Source: an uncultured Planctomycetaceae bacterium (GTDB lineage Bacteria > Planctomycetota > Planctomycetia > Isosphaerales > Isosphaeraceae). Taken from it: a stretch of 64,000 nucleotides of DNA. The stretch's first letter is position 1. Every line of letters starts with the position of its first letter. A program made the position numbers and the translations under genes. The notes beneath the pieces are model-generated. The model had not been told where the DNA came from. It did not search any database and saw only the letters and a list, made by a program, of their open reading frames with translations. Of this stretch, positions 9,384 through 19,405 are shown piece after piece. The DNA is taken from assembly GCA_963833985.1 (NCBI GenBank), contig CAWIAD010000002.1, forward strand, positions 1,536,001 to 1,600,000, in the 5' to 3' direction.

Positions 9384-10256
9384 TTGGAAGCAGGAAGCTA
9401 TCCAAGATCTATCGAGGAAATCACAAGCTGGCGCAAGAGGACTGGAGCTACCGCGGCTGAGGCTCGGCTCAGGTTCATGCAGTTTGTCGTCCTAGCCTCG
9501 ATTTCGTCGTCACACGTCTTGGCCTCGACGCTTGTCTTCAAAGGCGGAAACGCCCTGCTCTTCTTCTTTGGGAACCCGAGAAGCACGCTCGACCTCGACT
9601 TCACAGCACGGGTTGATTTTCCGGATGACCCGGAGCGTATTCATGAACTCTTAAATCAGGCACTCAAATATGCCTTGAACCGTTTTCAGGTAAAGGCAAG
9701 GTGCCAATCGGTCCACCGAAACCCGCCAGGCCTCGACAAGACATTTCCCACTTACCTTGCCAAAGTCGGTTATCAACTGCCCGGCGACAGGTACTACCAG
9801 AACTTCGACGAAGACCGGAACTACCCGCAAGTCATCGAGCTTGAGATCAGCCTCAACGATGTCATCTGTGAGACCGAAAGCTGGAAGCTGGACGAATCAA
9901 CCGAGGCCCTGTCTCGCTGCTCGCTTGAGGACACCTTGGCGGAGAAACTGAGAGCATTGCTCCAGCAGCCGATCCGTAATCGCTCGCGGCCCCAAGACGT
10001 CTACGACATTGCTTCACGGATTCGTGAGTTTGGCGACAAGCTCGACCACGTCAAGATGTCTACGTTCCTCCTAAGAAAGGCACAGGCTCGCGCGATCGAC
10101 CCGAGGAAGAGCTCCTTTGATGAATCAGTCCGGAGCAGGGCGGCTGCGATCTACGAGACTCAGATTCGCGAAGAGGCGCCGAAGGCCTTCATCAACTTCG
10201 ACGAGGCCTGGGCAGAGGTCCTGCGCCTTGTCGACAAGCTAGACATTCCAGACTGA
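9384..10256 (+). CDS. abiEii: Type IV toxin-antitoxin toxin, AbiEii/AbiGii nucleotidyltransferase
   Basis: LVFKGGNAL, R.STLDLDF, LAEKLRALL and RPQDVYD motifs. Start uncertain: TTG at 9384 chosen, ORF open from 9306. Confidence 0.9.
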   Translation: MEAGSYPRSIEEITSWRKRTGATAAEARLRFMQFVVLASISSSHVLASTLVFKGGNALLFFFGNPRSTLDLDFTARVDFPDDPERIHELLNQALKYALNRFQVKARCQSVHRNPPGLDKTFPTYLAKVGYQLPGDRYYQNFDEDRNYPQVIELEISLNDVICETESWKLDESTEALSRCSLEDTLAEKLRALLQQPIRNRSRPQDVYDIASRIREFGDKLDHVKMSTFLLRKAQARAIDPRKSSFDESVRSRAAAIYETQIREEAPKAFINFDEAWAEVLRLVDKLDIPD

Positions 10257-10553
10257 CGGCCGAGAGGGGACAGTCTGAAAGGGCGGGGGATCTGCCCAAC
10301 CCATTCCCCCACTGCTTCGGAAGAGGGCCGCAGGCTGCGGCACAAATGGCTAAGGGACCCCAAGGGCTCCTGGTGCAAACGCCACTTGCACGATTTCCAT
10401 TTCGACGGGACTTCAACTTCGTCCGCCAAGCCCCGACTATGCGCCTCGCCGGATTTCTGCCACTACCCGTGGCACATCTTCTGCTGCTTGATAAGTCCGC
10501 CAATAACTGGCACCGCTTCTTCGTCGCTATTCGGCACCATGACGCGTTGCTTT

Positions 10554-10859
10554 TCACAAAGACGAGCCGCCACTGACAGCGGACACATTAGCCGCAGACC
10601 GCCATCCCCGGGCGAGCCGGTAGATGCAGCCCCCGATAGTGACCAGGCCGAGCGTTGCGAAGATCAGGAGCGGATCGGTCCATAGCGGCTCGGCCGTACG
10701 AGGCCCGTGCCTCAGGAGCACCGCGGCGAGCGTCACGTACCAGAGGCCGACAGCGATCCCCGGCCACGCCATCCAGCGAGGGGACCCCGAGAGGCTGAAG
10801 GGCACATCCCTCTGATCGCGAGCAAGCTGCGCAGGATGGATAAAGCTTTGAACGTCCAC
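10554..10859 (-). CDS. Small putative membrane protein or C-terminal gene fragment
   Basis: Two hydrophobic segments (WMAWPGIAVGLWYVTLAAVLL, PLLIFATLGLVTIGGCIY). No recognisable family. Confidence 0.3.
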   Translation of the reverse strand: MDVQSFIHPAQLARDQRDVPFSLSGSPRWMAWPGIAVGLWYVTLAAVLLRHGPRTAEPLWTDPLLIFATLGLVTIGGCIYRLARGWRSAANVSAVSGGSSL

Positions 10860-11142
10860 GTACTTCGATTTACGAGGATTCGCGGCAACATGCTGGCTGG
10901 CTCGACCTGGTCGGCGGCGCCGGCGAGCCGAACGTAACGCTCACATCCGGCCGCAACGCGTATCGCGACCGTACCAGCCGGAGCGGCAACATCGCGGGCA
11001 AAAACGGGATCAGCGACGCCTACAACCTGACCACCGGCTGGCCACGATCACGACGAGCTGCACGGTCCGGCGGCATGGCGTGCAACCGCGAAGCGCAAAC
11101 CGATCTGAATGCATCTGAGCACAGAGAGAGAAGTCCATAGGG

Positions 11143-11455
11143 GATCGGATCGAGGAAGACGCTCATTCCAACCTGGATTTGCCTGTGACCTGGGCCAGCG
11201 GACGATCAAGGATCCCGTGGAACTCGTCGTCAACTACTTCTGATTTCGTCCATGGTCTTCCCTCCGTGCTCTCTGTGGTCTCTGTGGTTGCATGGTTTTC
11301 TCGATCGGATCAAGGCAGACGCTCATGCTCTCCTCGCTCTGCCTGGACCAGTGGACGAGCAATGATCCTGTTGAACTTCCATCGTCGATCAATTTTACTT
11401 ACGTCCATTGTCTTCTCTCTGTGCTCTCTGTGATCTCCGTGGTTGCATGGTTTTC
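11143..11455. repeat. Two tandem ~155-158-bp diverged repeat units containing a CACAGAG-type motif
   Basis: Units at 11143-11300 and 11303-11455. The last 54 bp (11247-11300 vs 11402-11455) differ at 5 positions. Both start GATCGGATC(G/A)AGG(A/C)AGACGCTCAT. Confidence 0.85.
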
Positions 11456-11478
11456 CTGACTGCGGTAAAGCGACCGCC

Positions 11479-11625
11479 TCGATCGTGCGCAAGCTCCATT
11501 CCCTGCTCGCACGCTGCCACCAGATGCTCGAGGACATCCCCTCGGTCCTGAACGCCTGCGCCGCGGCGGTGCGGCTCGACCCCGACGACACGGGGCTTCA
11601 TTTCCGCAAGGCGATCCTGCACCGC
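11479..11625 (+). pseudogene. TPR-repeat fragment
   Basis: SIVRKLHSLLARCHQMLEDIPSVLNACAAAVRLDPDDTGLHFRKAILHR has a TPR pattern (A..LDP.D). No credible start or C-terminus. Confidence 0.5.
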
Positions 11626-11747
11626 GTGTTGTGCCGGGCTCTGGACCCCGGGGCGGCGCACGGCGACAATGTGCCCTTGTTCTGGGTTCATCCGCCACCC
11701 CGGGGCTGGGCTAGACTATCCCTCCATCCGGTACAAGAGGATCGTTC

Positions 11748-13529
11748 ATGAATCGACCCGCGTCACGCCGCGCAGCCGCCCTTGCACTCCTGGTTGGCCT
11801 TGTCGGGATCTCCGTGTCTGATGCATGGCCGCAGGCCCGCGCAGGGGATGCCCGCACCGCGAACCACGCGACGCCCCTGGAAATCCATGTCCGTTTCGAG
11901 CCGGGGGTCGAGAAGCGACCGCTCGACGGCCGCGTGCTGGTCATTCTCTCGAAGGACGCCGCGGAGGAGCCCAGGTTCCAGGTGAGCGACAGTCCGAAGA
12001 CGCAGCAGATCTTCGGGACCGATGTCGAGGGGCTCGCGCCGGGCAAGGACGCCGTGATCAGCACCTCGGCGCCCGGGTATCCGATCGAAAGCCTCTCGCA
12101 GGTTCCGCCGGGCAAGTACCGCGTCCAGGCCGTGCTGCACCGCTACGAGACGTTTCACCGGGCCGACGGCCACACCGTGAAATTGCCCATGGACCGCGGC
12201 GAGGGCCAGCAGTGGAACAAGGCGCCCGGCAACCTCTACAGCACGCCCCGCGAGATCGTCTTCGATCCGGCGAAGCCGGCCCCGCTCGAGATCACACTGG
12301 ACAAGGTCATCCCGCCGATCGAGCCCCCCGCCACGACGAGGTACATCAAGCACGAGACGATCCAGAGCGAGCGGCTGACGAAGTTCTGGGGGCGGCCGAT
12401 GCACCTGGGAGCGCACGTTCTCTTGCCCGAAGGCTTTGACACTCATCCCGAGGCCCATTATCCGCTGGTCATCTACCACGGACATTTCCCGGCGACCTTC
12501 TCGGGATTCCGCGAGGAGCCTGCCGATCCCCATCTCAAGCCCGAATACAGTGACCGATTCCACCTGCCGGCCTATAACCGGACCCAGCAAGAATATGCCC
12601 ACAAGTTTTACGAGGAATGGATCGGGCCGAATTACCCGCGCATGGTGATCATCGAGATCCAGCACGCCAACCCCTACTATGATGATTCGTACGCCGTCAA
12701 TTCCGAGAACCTGGGCCCGTACGGCGATGCCATCACCTACGAGCTGATCCCCGCTATCGAGAAGAAGTACCGCTGCCTGGGAGGAGGCTGGGCCCGCTTC
12801 ATGTACGGCGGCTCGACGGGCGGCTGGGAGGCGCTCGCGGCCCAGGTGTTTTATCCCAGCGAGTACAACGGCTGCTGGGCCGCCTGCCCCGACCCGATTG
12901 ATTTCCGGGCCTACACCGTGGTCAACCTCTACGAGGACAAGAACGCGTATCATCTCGACGGCCCCTGGCGCAAGATCAAGCGGCCCGGGATGCGGAACTA
13001 CCTGGGCCACATCAGCACGATGCTCGAGGACGCCAACCGTCTCGAGCTGGTGCTCGGCACGAAAAGCCGCTCCGGGCAGCAGTGGGATATCTGGGAAGCC
13101 GTTTACTCACCGGTCGGACCGGACGGCTATCCCCGCAGGATCTGGGACAAGCGCACGGGTGAGATTGACCGCAAGGTGGCGGACCACTGGCGCGAGCTTT
13201 ACGATCTGCACCACATCCTCAAGCGCGACTGGCCGAAGATCGGCAAGCAGCTCGAAGGGAAGATCAATATCTACGTGGGCGATATGGATAACTATTACCT
13301 CAACAACGCCGTGTACCTGATGGAGGACTTCCTCAAGAAGACCAGGGAGCCCTACTTCGGAGGCGAGGTGAAGTACGGCGACCGTGCCGAGCACTGCTGG
13401 AATGGAGACCCGACTCAGCCCAACGCCATCTCCCGGCTGCGTTACCATCAGATGTATGCCCCAAGGATCGTCGAGCGGCTGCTGAAGACGGCGCCGGCGG
13501 GTGCGGACCTGACGAGCTGGCGGTACTGA
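11748..13529 (+). CDS. Secreted alpha/beta-hydrolase (enterochelin esterase-like putative esterase)
   Basis: Signal peptide, VLLPEGF...YPLV, GGSTGGW nucleophile elbow, YVGDMDNYYL, AEHCW. Confidence 0.85.
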   Translation: MNRPASRRAAALALLVGLVGISVSDAWPQARAGDARTANHATPLEIHVRFEPGVEKRPLDGRVLVILSKDAAEEPRFQVSDSPKTQQIFGTDVEGLAPGKDAVISTSAPGYPIESLSQVPPGKYRVQAVLHRYETFHRADGHTVKLPMDRGEGQQWNKAPGNLYSTPREIVFDPAKPAPLEITLDKVIPPIEPPATTRYIKHETIQSERLTKFWGRPMHLGAHVLLPEGFDTHPEAHYPLVIYHGHFPATFSGFREEPADPHLKPEYSDRFHLPAYNRTQQEYAHKFYEEWIGPNYPRMVIIEIQHANPYYDDSYAVNSENLGPYGDAITYELIPAIEKKYRCLGGGWARFMYGGSTGGWEALAAQVFYPSEYNGCWAACPDPIDFRAYTVVNLYEDKNAYHLDGPWRKIKRPGMRNYLGHISTMLEDANRLELVLGTKSRSGQQWDIWEAVYSPVGPDGYPRRIWDKRTGEIDRKVADHWRELYDLHHILKRDWPKIGKQLEGKINIYVGDMDNYYLNNAVYLMEDFLKKTREPYFGGEVKYGDRAEHCWNGDPTQPNAISRLRYHQMYAPRIVERLLKTAPAGADLTSWRY

Positions 13530-13621
13530 AATGGGCCGTGAGCAGACGGCGGTGGGTGGGCGGTGGGCGCTCGATTCCTTCAGGTTCCAGAGGGGTTCTC
13601 GCGAGCAGGGGAGGAACAGGC

Positions 13622-15031
13622 ATGAGATGGGCAATCGCGTTGCTGCTGGGGATTTCCTGCGTGGTGTTCCCCCGCGCCGGGCAGGCCGGCCAGCCGGACA
13701 CGGCACAGGTCGCGGTGGGTACGGCGGTGGTGGACGTCACGCCCGCGTATCCCATCCGGCTCATGGGGTATGGCAGCCGCAAGACGGAATCCGAAGGGGT
13801 CGCCAGCAGGCTGAAGGTTCGGGCCATTGCCATCGGCGACGGCAAGGGCGAGGGTGCGAGCGCAGCGCCCGCGGTGCTCATCGCGGTCGATAACTGTGCC
13901 GTGAATTCCCGGATCACCGACGAGGTGGCCAGGCGGCTCAGCGCCAGGGCGGGCATCCGCCGCGAGCGCCTGGCTCTCTGCGCCACGCATACGCACTGTG
14001 GTCCGGCGCTCTCCAGCGGCCTGGACTTCATCTTTGGTGTTTCCATTCCGGCGGACCAGAAAGCGCGGATTGATCGATACACCAGCGAGCTCATCGACGG
14101 CATGGAGCAGGCGGCCCTCCAGGCGCTTGCCACGCGGGCGCCGGGCCGGCTCTCATGGGGGCAGGGCACGGTCGATTTCGCGGCGAACCGGCGCGTGCTC
14201 AGGAAAGGCAAGTGGGTCGGCTTCGGCGTGAACCCGAGCGGGCCGACCGACCACTCGCTCCAGGTGCTGAAGGTGGCCGACCCGTGCGGCAAGGTGCGTG
14301 CCGTGGTGATGAACTACGCCTGCCACTGCACGACGCTCGGCGGCGAGTTCAACCAGATCTGTGCCGAGTGGGCCGGTTACGCGTGCGACCACATCGAGCA
14401 GCAGTATCCCGGGTCCACGGCGCTGATGATCATCGGCTGCGGGGCCGACGCCAATCCCGAGCCGAGGCGCAACCTCGACGACGCCAGGAACCACGCGGCC
14501 GCCCTGGCGCACGAAGCCGGCCGGCTGCTCGCAACTTCGCTCACTCCGCTTCCCGGCGCCATCGTCGCACAGTTCCGGCACATTGAATTACCGCTGGCGC
14601 CGCGGCCCGACCGTCATACGCTGGAGTCGCGTGCGAAGCTCCCGGGTTCCGATGGGATGCTCGCCCGCGCCCTGCTGGAGCGGCTCGACCGTGGCGAGAC
14701 GCTCCCCTCGTCGGTTCCCTATCCGGTGCAGACCTGGTGCTTCGGAGACGACCTGGCGATGGTCTTCCTGGGCGGCGAGGTGGTGGTCGACTATGCTCTG
14801 CGGCTGAAGTGGGAGACTGACGCACAGCGGCTCTGGGTCTCGGCCTACAGTAACGACGTTCCCTGCTACATCGCCTCGAAGCGGGTGCTCGTGGAGGGAG
14901 GCTACGAGGCCGACCAGTCGATGGTCTTTTACGGACGCCCGGCGCGGCTCGCTCCGGAGGCCGAAGACCTGATCGTCGAGACGGTGCATCAATTGCTTCC
15001 CGAGACGTTCGATAGTCCGCGCAAGCGGTGA
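13622..15031 (+). CDS. Secreted neutral/alkaline ceramidase N-terminal domain protein
   Basis: Start 13622 after a GGAGG RBS, signal peptide. DVTP...LMGYG.R, CATHTHCGP, NYACHCTT, GCGADANP, GGYEA. Confidence 0.85.
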   Translation: MRWAIALLLGISCVVFPRAGQAGQPDTAQVAVGTAVVDVTPAYPIRLMGYGSRKTESEGVASRLKVRAIAIGDGKGEGASAAPAVLIAVDNCAVNSRITDEVARRLSARAGIRRERLALCATHTHCGPALSSGLDFIFGVSIPADQKARIDRYTSELIDGMEQAALQALATRAPGRLSWGQGTVDFAANRRVLRKGKWVGFGVNPSGPTDHSLQVLKVADPCGKVRAVVMNYACHCTTLGGEFNQICAEWAGYACDHIEQQYPGSTALMIIGCGADANPEPRRNLDDARNHAAALAHEAGRLLATSLTPLPGAIVAQFRHIELPLAPRPDRHTLESRAKLPGSDGMLARALLERLDRGETLPSSVPYPVQTWCFGDDLAMVFLGGEVVVDYALRLKWETDAQRLWVSAYSNDVPCYIASKRVLVEGGYEADQSMVFYGRPARLAPEAEDLIVETVHQLLPETFDSPRKR

Positions 15032-15114
15032 GCGGCAACTGGCGACGGCAACCGCAACCCTCATCCCTCGCCAAGGTGAGCGGCAACCATCATCCCACTG
15101 GAGGCTGTGCCTGT

Positions 15115-15942
15115 ATGTTCGCCCATGAGCTGCGCGTGGCGGAAGAGGCTGCGCGTGCCGGAGGGGCGGTTGCCGCCCGGTTCTTCCGGACCGGCGCAGC
15201 GGTCTTCTCCAAGGAATCCGCGACGGGCAAGGCGTCGAGCTACAACCTCGTCTCCGAGGCTGACCTCGAATCCGAGCGGGTGATCGTCGCGGTGATCCGC
15301 AGGGAGTTTCCCGATCACGCCGTTCTGGGCGAGGAGCTGCACGGCGGCGACCGCGCTTCCAGTGCGCTGCTGGCCAGCGAGCACCTCTGGATTGTGGATC
15401 CGATCGACGGCACCAGCAACTTCGTGCACGGAGTGCCGCACTTCGGGGTCTCGGTGGCTTACTACCATCAGGGCCAGCCAGCCTGCGGCGTGATGGGCAA
15501 CCCGGTGCGCAACGATTGGTTCACCGCGGCGCACGGTCAGGGCGCCATGCACAACGGCCATCTTGTGCAGGTCGCACCGGCCGAGCGGCTCGACGAGGTC
15601 CTCATCGCCTTTGGTTACTACTACGACCGCGGCGCGATGATGGAAGCCACGCTGGCCGCGGTGAGCGACTTGCTGCACAGGAACATTCACGGCGTTCGCC
15701 GCATGGGCGCGGCCACGCTCGACCTGGCGTACGTGGGGCTGGGATCCTTCGGTGCCTTCTTCGAGTACGAGCTTGCCCCCTGGGACTTCGCGGCCGGCCG
15801 CCTCTTCGTCGAGGAGGCGGGCGGCAAGGTGACGGATGGCCGCGGTGAGCCGCTACCCGTGGCGCGCACCAGCCTCATCGCCAGCAACGGGTTGCTGCAC
15901 CCGGCCGTGCTGGAGATCGTGGCCGCGCATCATCCGGGGTGA
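15115..15942 (+). CDS. suhB: Inositol monophosphatase family protein
   Basis: LGEE, WIVDPIDGTSNFVHG, RRMGAATLDLAYV, WDFAAG. GGAGG RBS before ATG 15115. Confidence 0.92.
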   Translation: MFAHELRVAEEAARAGGAVAARFFRTGAAVFSKESATGKASSYNLVSEADLESERVIVAVIRREFPDHAVLGEELHGGDRASSALLASEHLWIVDPIDGTSNFVHGVPHFGVSVAYYHQGQPACGVMGNPVRNDWFTAAHGQGAMHNGHLVQVAPAERLDEVLIAFGYYYDRGAMMEATLAAVSDLLHRNIHGVRRMGAATLDLAYVGLGSFGAFFEYELAPWDFAAGRLFVEEAGGKVTDGRGEPLPVARTSLIASNGLLHPAVLEIVAAHHPG

Positions 15943-15976
15943 GCCGGCCGAGCCAGGTGAGGAAGCGCGGGTACTC

Positions 15977-17134
15977 TCATGCGGCCCATTTCCCCTTGGT
16001 TCGGATGGCCTTCTCCACGCTTTCCCGGTACGGCTCCGGGACCCAGCAAAAGAGCCGCTCGGCAGCAGCACGGGCGGTGCGAGCTTGCTTTCCGAGAGTG
16101 CTCCGGATCATCAACGTCCCGGGCTGGTAGCGCGACCAGCGGCAGTTGTCGATCTCATCCCAGATGAGCAGACCGGGGTACGGTTGCCAGCTCGTCCCGA
16201 ACCAGCGGGGTGCATTGCGTTGGCAGGAGTTCCGGATTCCTTCCTCGGTGACCGCGAAGGCGGGTAGCTTGAGCGAGAGCAGGATCGACCAGGTTGCAGC
16301 CACTCCGAACACCCCGCACACGACGGCGTTGATCCAGCTCGCGGTGGCTGCGACTCGTCCGGGATCATGGCCGGTCCGGGTCATGGAAGCCGAGATGACA
16401 ATTCCCACGTTCGCGAACAGGAGAAGCTCCCCCACGATCCTGACGGCGATCTGGCGTCTGGTGAGTGGAATCTCGACCGGAGAGAACGGTCCCTGATCGG
16501 GCTTGTAGCGGGTCACGGTTGATTCCAGTATCACCTGGTCAACCTGTCTGGCGGCCTGCACATCATCTGGCTCCAGATCGTCATCGAGCCATTTACCCAG
16601 GGCGCGGATGGTCTTCTCGACGCGTGCGCGGTAGAGCTCGGGAACGCGATGGAAAAGCCTTTGCGGAGGAGCAGAGACGCCCGTCCCGATCGGCTCGGGT
16701 ACGACCTGGATGTTCAGAATTCCCGGCTGGTAATGCGACCAGTGGCAGTAGATCACCTCGGGCCAGTCGTAAATGCGCGGTAGGTTGCCGTCGCGGATCT
16801 GGAGACCTTCCTTGCTGATGGCAAGGTCGGGGATGCCATTCACGTTGCGTTGCAACTGCATCCAGAGGGCGACCACCGCAACGAAGAGCAGGACGCCAAG
16901 CCAGAGCGGAGCGTACAGCCCGGCCGCGGGCACCAGCATCTCCACGTGCAGCAAGGCCCACACGAGAAAGCCGGCCAGGACGGCCAGGACAATCGTCTTC
17001 AATCCGTTCAATGCCTTGAGCTCGACTGGAACGGGAACTTCCACCATGGATCCCAACGTACCGCCGAGCTCGTCGAACGCCGATGCCTTGCGACCCATGG
17101 TGCGTTTCTCCGATGCGGTCCGAGCGGGCGTCAT
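15977..17134 (-). CDS. Membrane protein with two tandem TM + PH-like modules
   Basis: Duplicated motif W.E(V/I)..C.WS.YQPG.L.I...RLF..VPE.YR..VEK.IR..GKW, each preceded by two hydrophobic helices. Confidence 0.7.
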   Translation of the reverse strand: MTPARTASEKRTMGRKASAFDELGGTLGSMVEVPVPVELKALNGLKTIVLAVLAGFLVWALLHVEMLVPAAGLYAPLWLGVLLFVAVVALWMQLQRNVNGIPDLAISKEGLQIRDGNLPRIYDWPEVIYCHWSHYQPGILNIQVVPEPIGTGVSAPPQRLFHRVPELYRARVEKTIRALGKWLDDDLEPDDVQAARQVDQVILESTVTRYKPDQGPFSPVEIPLTRRQIAVRIVGELLLFANVGIVISASMTRTGHDPGRVAATASWINAVVCGVFGVAATWSILLSLKLPAFAVTEEGIRNSCQRNAPRWFGTSWQPYPGLLIWDEIDNCRWSRYQPGTLMIRSTLGKQARTARAAAERLFCWVPEPYRESVEKAIRTKGKWAA

Positions 17135-17769
17135 ACCGACCTGGTGTTTTGTGCCAGGCGTTGCCGGCTCACGGCGTCGTCAGCCTGAGCGGGGTCGACA
17201 GGATGCGGAACGGGCCATCCAGCCGAGCAGGAAGATCATCAAAAAGCGAAGGTCGAGAAACACGTGGCTCCGCCTCTCGCGACGATGTCGGTGCGATGTG
17301 CTGACGGCAAGCCGGCACGGGCCCGGCGCCGTTCGTGTGTCCACTGAGAAGACAATGGCCGAGAGCTCTTAACCTGTGCCAGTGGCGCTTCGGGACCACG
17401 GTCGAGACGCGATCTGGGTGCAACCACTCTCTCAGAAGCTATCCACCTGTCCTGACTGGCTGCAAGAGAATCCTCAGGCGTTCATCGGATCTCCACATTT
17501 CCGTACCCGGCAGGCTGCCTGCGGCAACGACCCGGCCGCTCCGGTGGAATCGGCTCGGTTCGAGAAAATGCATCAAGTTGACGGATTGCAAGGACGATAA
17601 GAGTTGTACGGGTCATGTCGGTCGCGTTCTGTCTACAGGGAGACCTCCGGCGGGCGTGCCTGGCAACGGCCAGCGCGCGGACCTCGTGGGCCGCTCGGGT
17701 TGGGAGGGTCGCCGCGGGAGCTCCCAGTTGATCCCTTTTCAAGTGATCCGCCTCCGCGGCATCCGGACG

Positions 17770-19311
17770 GTGAAACAGGGGCCAACCCTCCCTGGCATCC
17801 CGGCGGCCTCGGCCTTGAGGAAAACAACGGCGTGCCCCCGGCTCAAGGTGCTCTGGTTCAGTCTGCTGGTCCTTGGGCTTTCGGGTTGTGCGACGACGAC
17901 GACCATCCGCCACGACGGCCTGAACCCGGGCGCCGCGGACACGGCCCACGTGGTTCGGCTTCAGAACCCCGGCAGCGAAGGGAGCCAGGCGGCCGGCTCC
18001 CTGCCCGTGACGGCCCTGCCTCCGCCACTTCCCGATCCCATCCCGCCGGCGATCTCTCCAGGAGGTCAACCCGCGCCGCTCACTCCTGGACCACCGGCAC
18101 CGGCACCGTCAACGGTACCTGCCGATGCAGCCTCGGCGGGAGCTCCCGTCCCGGTTGGCGTACCTGCGGCCGACGAGTTTCGCGGCCTCAGCTCGATTGC
18201 ACGGAACCGGCTGGCCAATCGTGTGCCAGCGGCTGCTCCGGCGGCGTCGAATGCGGCGCCGAGTTCCAGTCCAACGGCTGGCCCCGGTACCCGAGAGCCT
18301 TCATCGGGCACCGGCAGCCCGATTCTCCGCAACCGGCTACGCGCGTTCCTTGGTGACGAGGAGATCCCCCAGTTCACATATCCGGACATCCACACCGAGC
18401 CCGCCAGGCTCTATCACGAACGTTTCGGACTCGAGGAGGAGCACGACGCGTTCCTTTTCCCCTGGCTGATGACCCTCATCTTCGAGGACCGCTGGCTGCT
18501 CGCGGAGCGTAACCCGGACGAGGCGCTCAAGAACCAGCTACGGCGCCGGCTCAAGATCGACATCCGCGACCCTGACCCGGACACGGCGAACTTTCCGAAC
18601 GGTGCCTACACGCTCCCGAAGGGCCGGATGTACATTGAAAACTCTCCGCTGGGCCTTTACAGCGGTAGCCGCAACGGCAGCCAGCCCCAGACCTACCAGT
18701 GGGGATACCTGCTGCGCTATGGACTGACGGACAACCTGGAGTTCCGGCTCTTCTCCAACGGCCTCACGTACCAGGCCGGCCCGGGTACACACCATTCCGT
18801 TACCGGCTACTCGCCGCTTGCGTTCGACTTCAAGGCGAATTTCTGGGAAGAGAACACGCGTTATCACATCCCCGCCATGGGCATCGAGGTGTATATCCAG
18901 ACGACCTTCGGCTCACCGGCGTTGAACAATGGCACCCAGCCGTCCCTGAACCTCCTTTTCGACCAGAGCCTGCCCTTCGAGATCGGCTTTGAGTACAACT
19001 TCGGCATCACCGGAGTTCAGAATAACGCGGGGCAGATCGTCTACCAGTTCAGCTACCAGTGGTCGTTCCAGCGCCAGGTCGTGAAGGACTTCGACATCTT
19101 CTTTCAAGGTTTCTACAATGCGGCTGCCCTGCCGAGCCTGCTCCAGTTTCGGAGCCCGGCGAACACCGGTATACCCAACGTCACGGCGCTGGGGCTAGGA
19201 GCCATCTGGACGGTGAATGACCGGCTGGCGATCTTCGGCAGCTACAACTTTGGTGTGACGCCCGCTTCCCCCAAAACGATTGCTCTCCTGGGATTCGCGG
19301 TCGGCTTCTGA
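17770..19311 (+). CDS. Lipoprotein-signal outer-membrane beta-barrel 'transporter' (MetA-pathway-like) with Pro/Ala-rich linker
   Basis: Lipobox LLVLGLSGC. DPDPDTANF..GAYTLPKG..YIE and LLRYGLTDNLEFRL motifs, alternating aromatic strands, C-terminal Phe. GTG start at 17770 is tentative. Confidence 0.7.
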   Translation: MKQGPTLPGIPAASALRKTTACPRLKVLWFSLLVLGLSGCATTTTIRHDGLNPGAADTAHVVRLQNPGSEGSQAAGSLPVTALPPPLPDPIPPAISPGGQPAPLTPGPPAPAPSTVPADAASAGAPVPVGVPAADEFRGLSSIARNRLANRVPAAAPAASNAAPSSSPTAGPGTREPSSGTGSPILRNRLRAFLGDEEIPQFTYPDIHTEPARLYHERFGLEEEHDAFLFPWLMTLIFEDRWLLAERNPDEALKNQLRRRLKIDIRDPDPDTANFPNGAYTLPKGRMYIENSPLGLYSGSRNGSQPQTYQWGYLLRYGLTDNLEFRLFSNGLTYQAGPGTHHSVTGYSPLAFDFKANFWEENTRYHIPAMGIEVYIQTTFGSPALNNGTQPSLNLLFDQSLPFEIGFEYNFGITGVQNNAGQIVYQFSYQWSFQRQVVKDFDIFFQGFYNAAALPSLLQFRSPANTGIPNVTALGLGAIWTVNDRLAIFGSYNFGVTPASPKTIALLGFAVGF

Positions 19312-19376
19312 TCGGGCGTGGACTGACTCCTGAGGTTGGCGCCGGCGGCGAAGCACGCGGTCCGGGAGCCGCACGC

Positions 19377-19405
19377 TTGAGGACGCGACGTGCGCGGTCT
19401 AGAAT
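19377..19405 (+). promoter_or_regulatory. Putative sigma70 promoter
   Basis: TTGAGG (19377-19382), 17 nt, TAGAAT (19400-19405), about 120 bp upstream of the ATG at 19525. Confidence 0.45.

Noticed and set aside
10956..11055. Possible second RHS remnant (NAYRDRTSRSGNIAG...YNL/HRLATIT)
   Set aside because: Too short and degenerate to support without an alignment.
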